Shown: positions 12,201 to 23,500 of the stretch, in pieces
How the letters are laid out: each line of letters opens with the position of its first letter
Numbering within the stretch: the stretch's first letter is position 1
From: Tubulanus polymorphus
Taxonomy: Eukaryota > Animalia > Nemertea
Assembly: GCF_964204645.1 (NCBI RefSeq)
Contig: NC_134034.1
Span: 11,668,962-11,732,961, forward strand
Reading direction: 5' to 3'
DNA length: 64,000 nucleotides
Made by a program: the position numbers and the translations under genes
Notes under the pieces: generated by a model
What the model saw: the letters and a program-made list of their open reading frames with translations, nothing else
The model's database searches: none
What the model was told of the DNA's origin: nothing

Positions 12201-12876
12201 AGCCAATCTAACAACTCAAGACCAGTCTAAACTCATTCTGGTTCTATAACCAATCTAACAACCTAAGACCAGTCTGAGCTCATTCTGGTTCTATTATAGC
12301 CAATCTAACAACCTAAGACCAGTCTGAGCTCATTTTGGTTCTATCATAGCCAATCTAACAACCTAAGACCAGTCTGAGCTCATTTTGGTTTTATAGCCAA
12401 TCTATAAACAACTTAAGCTCATTTCGGTGTATAACCACAACACAAGCCTGTTAGTTTATACCTGATAGAAGAAAACATCTTTACGATCAGTGCCTTCAGT
12501 AGCGTATGATTCTAATATTCCCTCTGAAATTCAATAACAAATATCATCGTTTTTCTCAGTAACAACAACAAACATTATATTCTCAAAACACAATAAGCGT
12601 CTATTTGTGGAATATCGGGTTTAAAAACGTTCCGAATTGTCTCTTACCTGGATTGATGCCGTGTTCAGCGCAAAGCTGCTTCCAAAATTCCATTCCAACT
12701 AAACAAAAAAAAAAATAATCACACAACATCATTAATTAACAAGTGGAAATAATTAATTGAATTGAATTGCGGAAGAAAATGACGGAGAAAGTTTAGAGTG
12801 AAGAAAGTTTTTTTTTTTTAAACTGACTTTGATTTCCACATTGTCCCAGTTGAAGGGTGATGATTTCACGCGGCAT
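6240..12876 (-). CDS. TUBG1: Gamma-tubulin, complete, 10 exons, 452 aa
   Basis: Exons (-): 12828-12876, 12648-12698, 12462-12523, 11783-12019, 11038-11117, 10476-10602, 9571-9807, 8240-8392, 7507-7668, 6240-6440 = 1359 nt, in frame. Start [18 protein letters not shown]; motifs [11 protein letters not shown] and [10 protein letters not shown]; end [10 protein letters not shown]. PolyA signal on - strand at 4965-4970. Confidence 0.97.
6777..7485. repeat. 44-45-bp minisatellite (about 16 copies) in gamma-tubulin intron 9
   Basis: Unit tggttctctatagaaccgacagctagccagcagctgcagccagcc. Confidence 0.95.
7840..8292 (-). repeat. About 100-bp tandem repeat that duplicates the 3' end of gamma-tubulin exon 8 plus its donor site
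   Basis: GTCGATCCTACACAG|GTAAATATCAA recurs with exon ends at 8240 (true), 8137, 8040, 7936 and 7859. Confidence 0.9.
9170..9542. repeat. Degenerate about 20-bp tandem repeat (ctgtggaactggg)
   Basis: Repeated (c)tgtggaactgg motif; the same motif is used by arrays at 45100-45430 and 47020-47480. Confidence 0.8.
9973..10302. mobile_element. MITE family B with an internal 47-bp tandem expansion
   Basis: Ends GGGGCCGGTTGCACAGTC...GACTGTGCAACTGGG; unit agaccagtctacgaccaacttagttctatagccaatctaacaactta. Unexpanded copies at 39832-39970 and 43177-43311; related arrays at 12075-12420 and 24355-24510. Confidence 0.8.
11456..11737. mobile_element. piggyBac-like MITE, family A copy 3
   Basis: TTAA flanks at 11452-55 and 11738-41. 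Confidence 0.85.
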
Positions 12877-13459
12877 CTCGTTCAGAAAAGTCTCGCCGTT
12901 CGCGAGTTCCCTCTCAACTGTATCTTACTCCCGTTTCTAGATGAGTAAATTACGAATTGTCGCCTGAATTCTTCGCAAAACTTCGTTTGAACAGCAATAT
13001 GGCGGGCTGAGCGCTAATTACCGATTGGAACCGTCGATGTATTCGATCTATTCCGAATGTGTAGATTAAGAAAATGCCGTTTTATTTCCTAGTTTTACAA
13101 TCTGAAATCATAAATCTGTTGAAAGACGTCGAATTGATCTGAATAGAATTCGTAAGCTCGATAAATTTGGGTTTTGAAAAGTTTTAAATGTTATATCTGT
13201 GTGCGTTTGTACTTAGCATAACTAACCAGGAAGTGTTGGGTTGTTTCCCGATGCAATTCTTTATCGGTAGATTTTCGCTAGGTAGCGCTGCAAAAATCTT
13301 CGACGAAGCCTACGATGACGGAGCTCGAATCCTCCCGCCTAGACTACGATGGAGTACGAACATTTCGCGGGCTTGCGCGAAGTTCCACGTTAGTTAACTC
13401 TTCATCGATCTACAGTGCAAAAGGAGCGCACCACACCAGCTGTACACTACTGTTTAAAG
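12877..13459. promoter_or_regulatory. Bidirectional promoter between gamma-tubulin and CDCA7 with E2F-like sites
   Basis: 583 bp between divergent ATGs, CpG-rich. TTTCGCGG at 13363-70 next to GCGCGAA; CTCCCGCC near 13332; GGCGGG near 13001; ATTGG near 13024. Confidence 0.65.
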
Positions 13460-16400
13460 ATGGATCGTCTAAAATCGGTGAGTTCAACTTCGAACTCTTA
13501 AATCATAATTGAATTCTGACAGTTTTGTCTGAGGTAGGTCTTAAGCGTTGATGGAGGAGACAAACGAGAGTCGCTTCAACAGGTTTTCTGAACTTCGTTC
13601 CACCACAGGCACTTGAATATGGGCTTTGATAATGGATAAATATTTGATAATTTACCAGCGATACGTTAATCCTACTTTAATAGATCGCCATGTTTTATAA
13701 TAAATTTACCCATGATGCAACGCGCGCCAGTCGTTTAGCTATACTATACAGAAAGGCTGGAAACGATCCTATCTCCGTAATGCTTTAATCTACCCGCAGT
13801 TATCGGGACAGATGACGTCACAGCAATCCCGAAGAGGCATCGCGAATTTTCAAAAATCAATTTTGTTGCCATTTAAAATCTTTAATGGAGCTAAAACAGT
13901 GTCAATGTTTCCAAAAAAATCATCTACAATTGAAATTATGGGCGCTCCTATATTTCAGGATTAAAATTGACACTAAGGACGTACTTCGGCAATCATCGGC
14001 AGTGTTCGGCTGTCCCGATAACTGCGGGTAGATTTAAGCATTACGGAGATAGGATCGTTTCCAGCCTTTCTGTATAGTATAGCTAAACGACCGGCGCGCG
14101 TTGCATCATGGGTAAATTTATTATAAAACATGGCGATCTATTAAAGTAGGATTAACGTATCGCTGGTAAATTATCAAATATTTATCCATTATCAAAGCCC
14201 ATATTCAAGTGCCTGTGGTTCCACCTTGAATCATGAATGATAATAATCATAAGGGTTCACTTGTTAAATATTGATTGAAGAGAGATGTGTCTGCTGTGGC
14301 TTCCCTAATAAACTCCAGCCAAGTACTACTGCTAGTTAACTGCCCTGGGCCTGCTGTGGCACCTGGACCGTGGGCACTGACTGTGTTGTAATGTCTATTT
14401 ATTAATTGATGAGACCTGTTTTTCTTGGATATTTTGCTTACTTTTTGGGGTACATACCTCATTTATGTCTTAACAGAATGCCAAAAATCGCGGACAACAA
14501 CTGAATATCCGATATATTTCCAGATCTGTACAAATTAGATGGATTGGCAAAAAGACTCCTTAAGTCCAATTGAATGAGAGAGAAAATCCTCCATTTTGTC
14601 AAATTATTTAATTTTTTTCCATTGTCACCATGCCTACGAAATGAAGTTATTTTTCTTGTGGGGTCTCAACAACTAAATCAGGGTGGCGTAGGCATGGTAA
14701 CAATGTTCAAATCCAAGAAATTTGACAAAATGGAGGATTTTCTCTCTCATTCAACTGGACTTAAGGAGTCTTTTTGCCAATCCATCTAATTGGTACAGAA
14801 CTGGAAATATATCGGATATTCAGTTGTTGTCCGCGATTTTTGGCATTCTGTTAAGACATAAATGAGGTATGTACCCCAAAAAGTGAGCAAAATATCCAAG
14901 AAAAACAGGTCTCATCAATTAATAAATAGACATTAGTGTATCTCATTGCATGATGTGGTCATAGGTTTTTTAAATGTTTGACAAATGATGATTTTTTCCT
15001 CCTTTTTTCAGAAATTGAGCGAATATGAACTCGAACGTTTGGAAAATATTCGTGAAAATAAAGAATTGGTTCGTTGTCCATTATTCATATATTTATTGTG
15101 GTTCATAGTATTCACTTCTAGTCCTGATGTTGGTCTTTAATTGAATTGTGTATTTCGTTCTTATTTCTAGCTGTCGAGATTGATGGCTGATTTAGACACT
15201 TACGAGTTTAAACAAAGCGTAAGTTAATAGGAAAAAATTTTGAAACATTATTTCTTATTTTACTCTCACCACGTGCGGTTACAGCGTAGCTATAGGCGAT
15301 CGTCAAAATCTCCTACGGGTGATGGGTACATGTCTGGTCCTGCTAATCTTTAAAATCATGACTAGATATCTACTCATCGTCTGTGGGCTAGATAGTAGTT
15401 ACCACTGGACGAAATTCGAAACCATCATTCTAATGAGACCGTGGTGAAAATTGATGAATTTGGCCCCCACATTCTGATTTCTAGTTAAACGGGAGTAATT
15501 TCAAAGACTTCTTAAATGTGCCTTGAACTTTGATTTAAGCTAGAGACACCTTCATTTTTGAGATATGAAAAAATGCTTTATAGAAGATGTTTAGATTGGT
15601 ACAGTTGGGACCAGGATTTGTGTTTATCCCCGATCAGACAGTTACCAAATTAGAATTACAATTTAGTTGTGTAAGGATGAAAATTTGCTTACAAACCGTA
15701 CAGATTTTTTGGGAGCCTACGCCATTTGATTCATTGCAAAAAAAGTGATACCAACTCGCGGAAAATTTGAAGTTATCTCTTTGAAAACTTTTTATATCCA
15801 GAAATAACTGTAGGGAAACAGTTTTAAATCCCTTTGATTCTTCTACAGATGATGAAAGCGAAGCCGCAGAAAACTCAGAAACGTTCGAAGCGCGCGTCGT
15901 ACGAAGCAGACGGACGAACGGCGTCTGCTCGTGTCCGTCGTCTCGTCATGACCGACCGCAGTCCGCCGAGAACCCGGTCCCGTGCGAAGAATCCCGATTT
16001 AAACGGCGACCATAGCGACGATCAATCCGATGAGAAAACTGAAAACGTGCGTTTAGATCAAAATTTTGAAATTCGGATTACAGAAAACTTCGGTTGAATA
16101 ATTGGCGCACGTTGTATATTTTGAATTCTAGAGAATGGTGATTAAATTAGGATTTTTCGGTTCGACGAAGAGGAAATTCGATAGCGATGATGATAATTCG
16201 AATGATTCTTGGGACGGAGTGGTAAGTGGCCGTTATAAAGCTGTCGTCCTTAAAATTCCACACTTCACTCGACGCCAACATTTTTCAGCGAACAAAATTA
16301 CTCGATCAAATCAGAATTTATTTTGAATTCGTTAATTTATGGCTTAATAACAGGACTTTTTCTCTGGATTAAAGAACAAGTTTTGATGGTTTCCATAGAC

Positions 16401-18468
16401 AAGTGGCTGTCCAATATCAATAGTTGACAAAAACCCACGATAAAAAGAAAAACTATCTGATAGTTTGACGTTTCGACTCAAATCTATGAGCCATTTTCAA
16501 AAACTATTTTTTGAAAATGGCTCATAGATTTGAGTTGAAACGTCAAACTACCAGATAGTTTTTCTTTTTATTGTGGCTTTTTGTCAACTAACAAGTTTTC
16601 ACTTGAAACTGAGAAACTGTTGACTTGCTTCATCATATTCTTTCACAGTTTGATGCGATGATCTATTAATAAATGAACTCGTTTAATTGTAGAGTCCCCC
16701 GAAGCGAATTCGTGTCACGATCGAACGCGACTTTCGATCGGCAGACGACATCACTCAGGACGACCTCGACATGGTCGCAGACGTCGTATCGGTAAAAAAA
16801 TACGACCATATTCGCGTAAGTGTGCTAATTTAGAATTAGTTCATTTTCAATCAGTTAACTACGAGTCAAATCTTAACTCAAAACTGTGAAACTGAGTCCG
16901 TGGTATCCTCCTCAGGGAGTTGATCGTGTCCTTGGTATCCTCCTCAGGGAGTTGATCGTGTCCTTGGTATCCTCATCAGGGAGTTGATCGTGTCTTTGGT
17001 ATCCTCATCAGGGAGTTGATCATGTCCTTGGTATCCTCCTCAGGGAGTTGATCGTGTCCTTGGTAGCCTCCTCAGGGTGTTGATCATTTGAATTGATTTT
17101 GATTATTTCAGGGTACGACTTGTCATCAATGTCGACAGAAAACGTTCGATATGAAAACGATTTGCAGATCTCCGCAATGCGTCGGCGTCCGAGGCCAGGT
17201 ACGTGAGAGAGCGGAGAATTTTAAACTCGGTTATTGCGAGGAGAATTAAGCATTAGTAATGAATTTCAATGTGTTATTTTCAGTTTTGTGGAGTTTGTTT
17301 ACGCAATAGATACGGTGAAGATGCGAAGGAAGCGTTGAAGAATTCAGTGAGTATTTTCTGACAACTACTTGCATTCACTAAGACCTTTTTAGTGAAGTGC
17401 ATAGACTACTACATCTCAATCAATAGGGGCCAGGATTGCTGGCCAATTAGGCGGTTACCAAATTGAATAGAGGAATTTGCTTACAAAACCACCAAATTAA
17501 TGGTTTAGCGAGGTAAAACCTGAGGAGTCTACTCAAATTGAGGCATGCTAGTGATGTAGATGCTTTGTCAAAATTTGAAATTTTCTCCTTTAAATCTCAT
17601 TAAAAACTCCTTATATCCAGGAACGAGCGATCTGTAGAGACCCTGCGTTCATCTGAACTAACTTTTGAGTGGATTCTATTTTATTCGATAATGAACTCGC
17701 GAACTGTTGTGAAATCGACTAAATAGAATGAGTAATTATCGTGGTTTGTTTGTGTATTTATAAAAGGAATGGCATTGTCCGCCGTGTCGTGGTATTTGTA
17801 ACTGTTCGATCTGTCGTCGTCGAGCTGGTGTTTGTTGTACCGGTATCCTAGTGCCGTTGGCGCGTGAACGAGGATTCAAAGACGTCAACGCTTACTTACA
17901 AAGGTACCGATCTTCTATCGCATTGTCTCTCTCATTAGAATATTATTTGATCGGACTTAACTAAACTGGGTGGCCTCTGACCTTGGAAACTAAGGGAATC
18001 AGAAAATTCGAGAAGAATTCGGATAATGTTATTGACCACGCGTTTCTAATCTTTATCAATGAAAAATGAATGAATTATAACATTTTACGTCTAGAATATT
18101 CTCTGATTCACTGTAATCAAACCAGGGAAAACTTAAGGGATTCGTGAGCTGGGCGGAAAGTGGCGCCACCCTGCTCGAATCAAATTAAATCTAGGTGCCT
18201 AGATGTATCTTGCTTGGTATTGGCTGATAAGTATGCCAAGTATTCTATTGGTGCTGTTCTATGTATCAATTAGGTTTTCGTTAAAAAATGACCCTCGAAT
18301 TTGGTGATCATACCCTCAAAAGCCCCTCAAATTTCATATCGATGATTCTGTAGGAACCATGTATGTTGGAATTGATCAGATTTCTTCTCTTCTGACTGAT
18401 TGAATTGTGTATTTATTCAACAGACCCCAAATTAATAATTCTTTCATATTTTCAGTTTAAGAGGTTGA
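13460..18468 (+). CDS. CDCA7: CDCA7 (zf-4CXXC_R1 hemimethyl-CpG sensor, HELLS partner), 10 exons, 277 aa
   Basis: Exons 13460-13477, 15012-15068, 15171-15218, 15849-16046, 16132-16221, 16693-16815, 17112-17198, 17284-17346, 17767-17903, 18456-18468 = 834 nt. Zinc finger [11 protein letters not shown]...[24 protein letters not shown]...[18 protein letters not shown]...TGIL. N-terminal helix [19 protein letters not shown]. Exon 1 is the least certain. Confidence 0.93.
13604..14217. mobile_element. Non-autonomous DNA transposon with about 205-bp TIRs and 7-bp TSD (P-element-like termini)
   Basis: CACAGGCAC...GTGCCTGTG with near-perfect long TIRs; GTTCCAC duplicated at 13597-13603 and 14218-14224. 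Confidence 0.85.
14391..14933. mobile_element. Palindromic MITE family C (543 bp, TA TSD)
   Basis: ATGTCTATTTATTAATTGATGAGACC...GGTCTCATCAATTAATAAATAGACAT with arms of about 250 bp; near-identical inverted copy at 41475-42016. Confidence 0.9.
16421..16590. mobile_element. 170-bp hairpin carrying variant hammerhead motifs on both strands
   Basis: Near-perfect palindrome. The minus arm reads TTT-TTGAAAA-T-GGCTC-ATAGATTT-GAGTC-GAAA-C-GTC-AAA (U3-A8 core variant). Confidence 0.6.
16901..17086. repeat. 32-bp minisatellite (about 6 copies)
   Basis: Unit tggtatcctcctcagggagttgatcgtgtcct. Confidence 0.9.
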
Positions 18469-19492
18469 AAAATCCGGAGACTTTAGCGGCTATTGGTGGA
18501 TGATTAGTTACGGTTATTGATATTTTTGTCGTTAAGAGAATTGATCAATTATTGTTAAACGTTATACTCTCAAAAATGCACAAGCACGCAATTTGTATAG
18601 TTAGAGGCTATTCATGAAATACATAGACCGATAGTTTGGAAATATCCGGTATGAAATTACCAAAATCATCTGGACTCGGTATTCTAGGTTTGTAATAAGC
18701 GATGAATCGTTATAATGAGGTTCCACTGTCGTATTCTTTTAAACACAAGTCTTAGAACGCTGCATACAGAATGTGAATTAAAATTCCACTGTCTAAATCG
18801 AATAACATCGCAAATCACTGGGCCAAATTGATACGAGTTGAATGTACTTTAATGAATAGCCGTTTATTGCTTTTATGGTGATTAGTTTGATGCAAGCATT
18901 TATACTTAATTAATTAAACCTACCAGAACAATGCATTTCTTTATAGGTACTAGATTATATTGTATAGTTATGATTATAAGGGCTGGGAAGATTTTTGATC
19001 ATAGGTAGTGTCGCGATATACTCCTTACTGATGAAATGAAATAAATATTTGGAGGAGTGTATAACTACAGCATAATGTTCGAGCTGGGCTTTGACTAAAT
19101 ATGATATATATAATGAGGTCTTGCACCGTTTAAATCAAGTGATTTTGTTTTTAAAAAAAAGATTTTAAATATGGAACAAATTTTGATAATTATTCCATTC
19201 GGACTTCGATGATTTATTTTACTCGTGTGATTATTATGCCACTATATTTTTGTACTTACGATTTTAAAAATCAGATGAAATAAATAATAAATTGTTAACG
19301 CTTATTAGAAAAGTCAGTTTTGTCATTCCTTTGGGATATTGTCGCCACCCATCCCTGATCTCTTGATGTGGCGATCTCTGTAGTCTGAATTCCTACAACC
19401 CGTTGTTTGGGGAGGGAACAACGGCTACGTACTAGACTAGCATCTATGGGGCTTAACTCGGGAACGTGCCGTCGCACCCATTACTTTAATCG

Positions 19493-19697
19493 GTAACCTA
19501 TCTGTCGTGGTTTAGTTTCACGATCGGATATTTTCACAAACCACATATTGGTATAAGCCCATCCAATTATAAAAAGCTTACCACCAAAGATTAGGTAAAT
19601 CGTTGGTGGTAAGCTTTTTATAATCGGATGGGCTTATACCAATATGTGGTTTGTGAAAATATCCGATCGTGAAACTAAACCACGACAAACAGGTTAC
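19493..19697. mobile_element. About 205-bp near-perfect hairpin (MITE-like)
   Basis: gtaacc...accaccaa / ttggtggt...ggttac inverted arms. Confidence 0.7.
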
Positions 19698-20578
19698 TGA
19701 CTATGACTACCATTACTTACTTAAGCCAGATCATCAAGTGCTTGACACAACTTAACTTGGCCCCTAATTAGTTCAGGCCTAATGGTACTGTCTCAGAAGG
19801 TCACCCAGTTCAGACAGACATTAGAAACATTTTCCCCAGGACACTGGCTACGATTCTGAATGAGGGAGTTACCAGTGCTTTTAGGCTAATAAAGTTTAAT
19901 TTGAATTTTTTAGCAAGCCCTTGCACGCGAGGTTAATCATTTTCGGTTTCGAAGATTGAGTCACGCGATATTACCTATTCAGTGGGGGCATTATCATTGA
20001 CTTCCGGGTTCGAAAATTGCGTAAGTGAAATTAACCTATTTCAGTTAATTTAGGTAATTAGGAGGGAACTAATTAGTGATTATTTGTGGATTTATGGAAG
20101 GCTATAGACGGGGAAGCAAACAGTCTGTCAGATTGTCACTGACAGTGACAAGCTGTCACTCTTCTGTCACTGACAGACTGTCAGTAGTGACAGTGACAAG
20201 TTCAAGTTGTCACTCTATCTAGACAGTCTGTCAGTGTTTTCTTTGCTTGTCGTTGTTGAAAAAGTAAATTTCTGCCATTTGTTGATAGCTTCACACCTCA
20301 CAAAAATCATCTCACTTGTGGCTATGGTGACCGACAGACGCACCCTCGGCTCAACAACCAGTTAACTGATCATGTCACTTTCTCTTGAAGCCGATGTTTT
20401 GCTTGAAAAATGTGATGACTGGTTAAGTCTAATGTCTATTTCAACTTGACTTGAGAGGACATCAGGTGGCCTAGCTCGCTCAGTTTTGATTGATGTCTAT
20501 TTCATCTTTGAATTTCACTTTCAGGTTTTTCAACTCACGTACAGATACTTCGGATAAAAGTCAATAAAGAGATGCGCG

Positions 20579-23500
20579 ATGGCTTCCTACATCAGCAACA
20601 TGCTGAAACGCCCGAAAAACCGGGAAGCAATCGCCGTAGTAACGAGATACCCGTCGCCGGGCTCGTGTAAAACGAAATTGATTCCTGCGATCGGCGGTCG
20701 AGGAGCGGCGAGAGCTCAGTTATTGATGGTCAGTTTATTTTAACTGGATTTACTTCGATTTAAGCAATCCACCCTGACAGCGGGAACAGGGTGGTGCCGA
20801 TAATCTGGAGAACTCAAGGAATCAGAAAAATCCCGAATGAATCCAGGCTAACTCGGGGAATTCGACAAATTTAACCAAAAACTTGAAAAAACTCAGGGAA
20901 TTTGGATAATGTTATTGACCACATGTTTCTTTATCAATACATGATTCAAAGAAAAATTAATGAATGCATTTTCAACCTGGAAATCTCTCTGGTTCACTCA
21001 GGGAAAATCGGATTTGTAAATAGGCAGAAAGTGGCGCCACCTTGAGGAAGTATCCTCACTTGCCGCAGTAGCTTACGATGTTCCCAACTAATTTCTGTTC
21101 TCATTTCAGACGGAACATCTTCTGTCGGAAGTCCAGACGGTGAAATTATCGAAACCCGATCTCCAAGTGTTCGTGTATTATTGCGGAGCGACCATTGATG
21201 ACATGCGATATTGGTTCGATCGTAAATACCCGGGATTATCGCCGATCTTTAAACAACAAACCGGGCTAAACCTCGGTGAAATCATCGCGAATATCTTCAA
21301 ACAGACTTTCGCAGCCGGCAATGAACGCACTATAGTCGTAGGTAACAACACCAAAAAACATTCGCTTTTCTGCTCTTCGTGTTTAGATTAGTTTTCATAT
21401 TGATAGTTGTTTTATGTCTCGGAAAACGAGATGATTTTAACCCCTTTTCTGGTTTCCATTTTCCCATGGTTTCAATATAAATAAAATGTTTTCGTAAAAA
21501 TTCTGCCGTACATGAAGCAGCTGTGGTTGTTTCGAATGAAGACCCTAACGATGACTCCTAGTGGATCCTCACTTGCCACTTGTGGAAACCTCTATCGCTA
21601 TACAGTAGTTGATATCCTACTGCACACTAGCGACACCTGGTGGATCCTCACTTGCCACTTGTGGAAACCTCTATCGCTATACAGTAGTTGATATCCTACT
21701 GCACACTAGCGACACCTGGTGGATCCTCACTTGCCACTTGTGGAAACCTCTATCGCTATACAGTAGTTGATATCCTACTGCACACTAGCGACACCTGGTG
21801 AATCCCTGCTTGCCATGAGCAGAATCCTCTATTGTTGCAGTAGTTGGTGTCCTACTGCACACTAGCGACGCCTGGTGGATGGTCGCTGTAGCGTTCAAGT
21901 TTCCCCATTTCTAATCTGTTGTTGTTTTTGTTTTTTCTTGCAACGTAGGTAGTGACATTCCTGGAGTTAATTATAACATTCTCGAAGATGCGTTGAGTTT
22001 GTTGAAATGGGATGAAAACGACGTTACGATCGGTAAAGCGCTTGACGGAGGCTACTATCTGATTGGTTTAAACCGCAGAACCAGCGCGTTGATTGGTCAG
22101 TTTAAATTTTAACTAGTCATTTTTCGAAAAGTTTGAATTGTTTAGCTGTAAATGGTAGAATGGGGGGCAGATCCAGATGCCAATTTAAACTTGCTTGTTA
22201 CATCCCAAAAAGGCACTTCGGTGTCCCAAAAGGCATTCTTAGGTATAGGCGTAATCCCACACTGATGGGCTAATTGTAAAGAATTTGTCAAGTTCCAAAG
22301 GGCACTTTGAGGTCCAAAAGGTAGTATTAAGTGCAGGCATACCCCTGCACTGAAATGCATGAATTATTGTTGTTGACAAAATTATCAAAAGGGCGCTAAA
22401 AAATTTGATGAACTTTGTACACAAGCTCATAAGTCTCCCTGGATCGGGCCCTGTGAGTGATTGTTGAGTCTCCCTGGATCGAGCCCTGTGAGTGATTGTT
22501 GAGTCTCCCTGGATCGGGCTCTGTGAGTGATTGTTGAGTCTCCCTGGATCGAGCCCTGTGAGTGATTGTTGAGTCTCCCTGGATCGAGCCCTGTGAGTGA
22601 TTGTTGAGTCTCCCTGGATCGGGCCCTGTGAGTGATTGTTGAGTCTCCCTGGATCGGGCTCTGTGAGTGATTGTTGAGTCTCCCTGGATCGAGCCCTGTG
22701 AGTGATTGTTGAGTCTCCCTGGATCGGGCCCTGTGAGTGATTGTTGAGTCTCCCTGGATCGGGCCCTGTGAGTGATTGTTGAGTCTCCCTGGATCGGGCC
22801 CTGTGAGTGATTGTTGAGTCTCCCTGGATCGGGCCCAGTGAGTGATTGTTGAGTCTCCCTGGATCGGGCCCTGTGAGTGATTGTTAAGTCTCCCTGGATC
22901 GGGCCCTGTGAGTGATTGTTGAGTCTCCCTGGATCGAGCCCTGTGAGTGATTGTTGAGTCTTCCTGGATCGGGCCCAGTGAGTGATTGTTGAGTCTCCCT
23001 GGATCGAGCCCTGTGAGTGATTGTTGAGTCTCCCTGGATCGGGCCCTGTGAGTGATTGTTGAGTCTCCCTGGATCGGGCCCTGTGAGTGATTGTTGAGTC
23101 TCCCTGGATCGGGCCCTGTGAGTGATTGTTGAGTCTCCCTGGATCGGGCCCAGTGAGTGATTGTTGAGTCTCCCTGGATCGGGCCCTGTGAGTGATTGTT
23201 AAGTCTCCCTGGATCGAGCCCTGTGAGTGATTGTTGAGTCTCCCTGGATCGAGCCCTGTGAGTGATTGTTGAGTCTCCCTGGATCGGGCCCTGTGAGTGA
23301 TTGTTGAGTCCCCCTGGATCGGGCTCTGTGAGTGATTGTTGAGTCTCCCTGGATCGAGCCCTGTGAGTGATTGTTGAGTCCCCCTGGATCGGGCTCTGTG
23401 AGTGATTGTTGAGTCTCCCTGGATCGAGCCCTGTGAGTGATTGTTGAGTCATCCTGGATCGGGCCCTGTGAGTGATTGTTGAGTCTCCCTGGATCGGGCT

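Noticed and set aside
19325-19482. GC-richer segment with short hairpins as a possible structured RNA
   Set aside because: I could not fit it to any known RNA family by eye; an Rfam search would be needed.
22427-23452. 341-aa ORF on the - strand
   Set aside because: Translation of the 35-bp minisatellite inside an intron; no coding signal.
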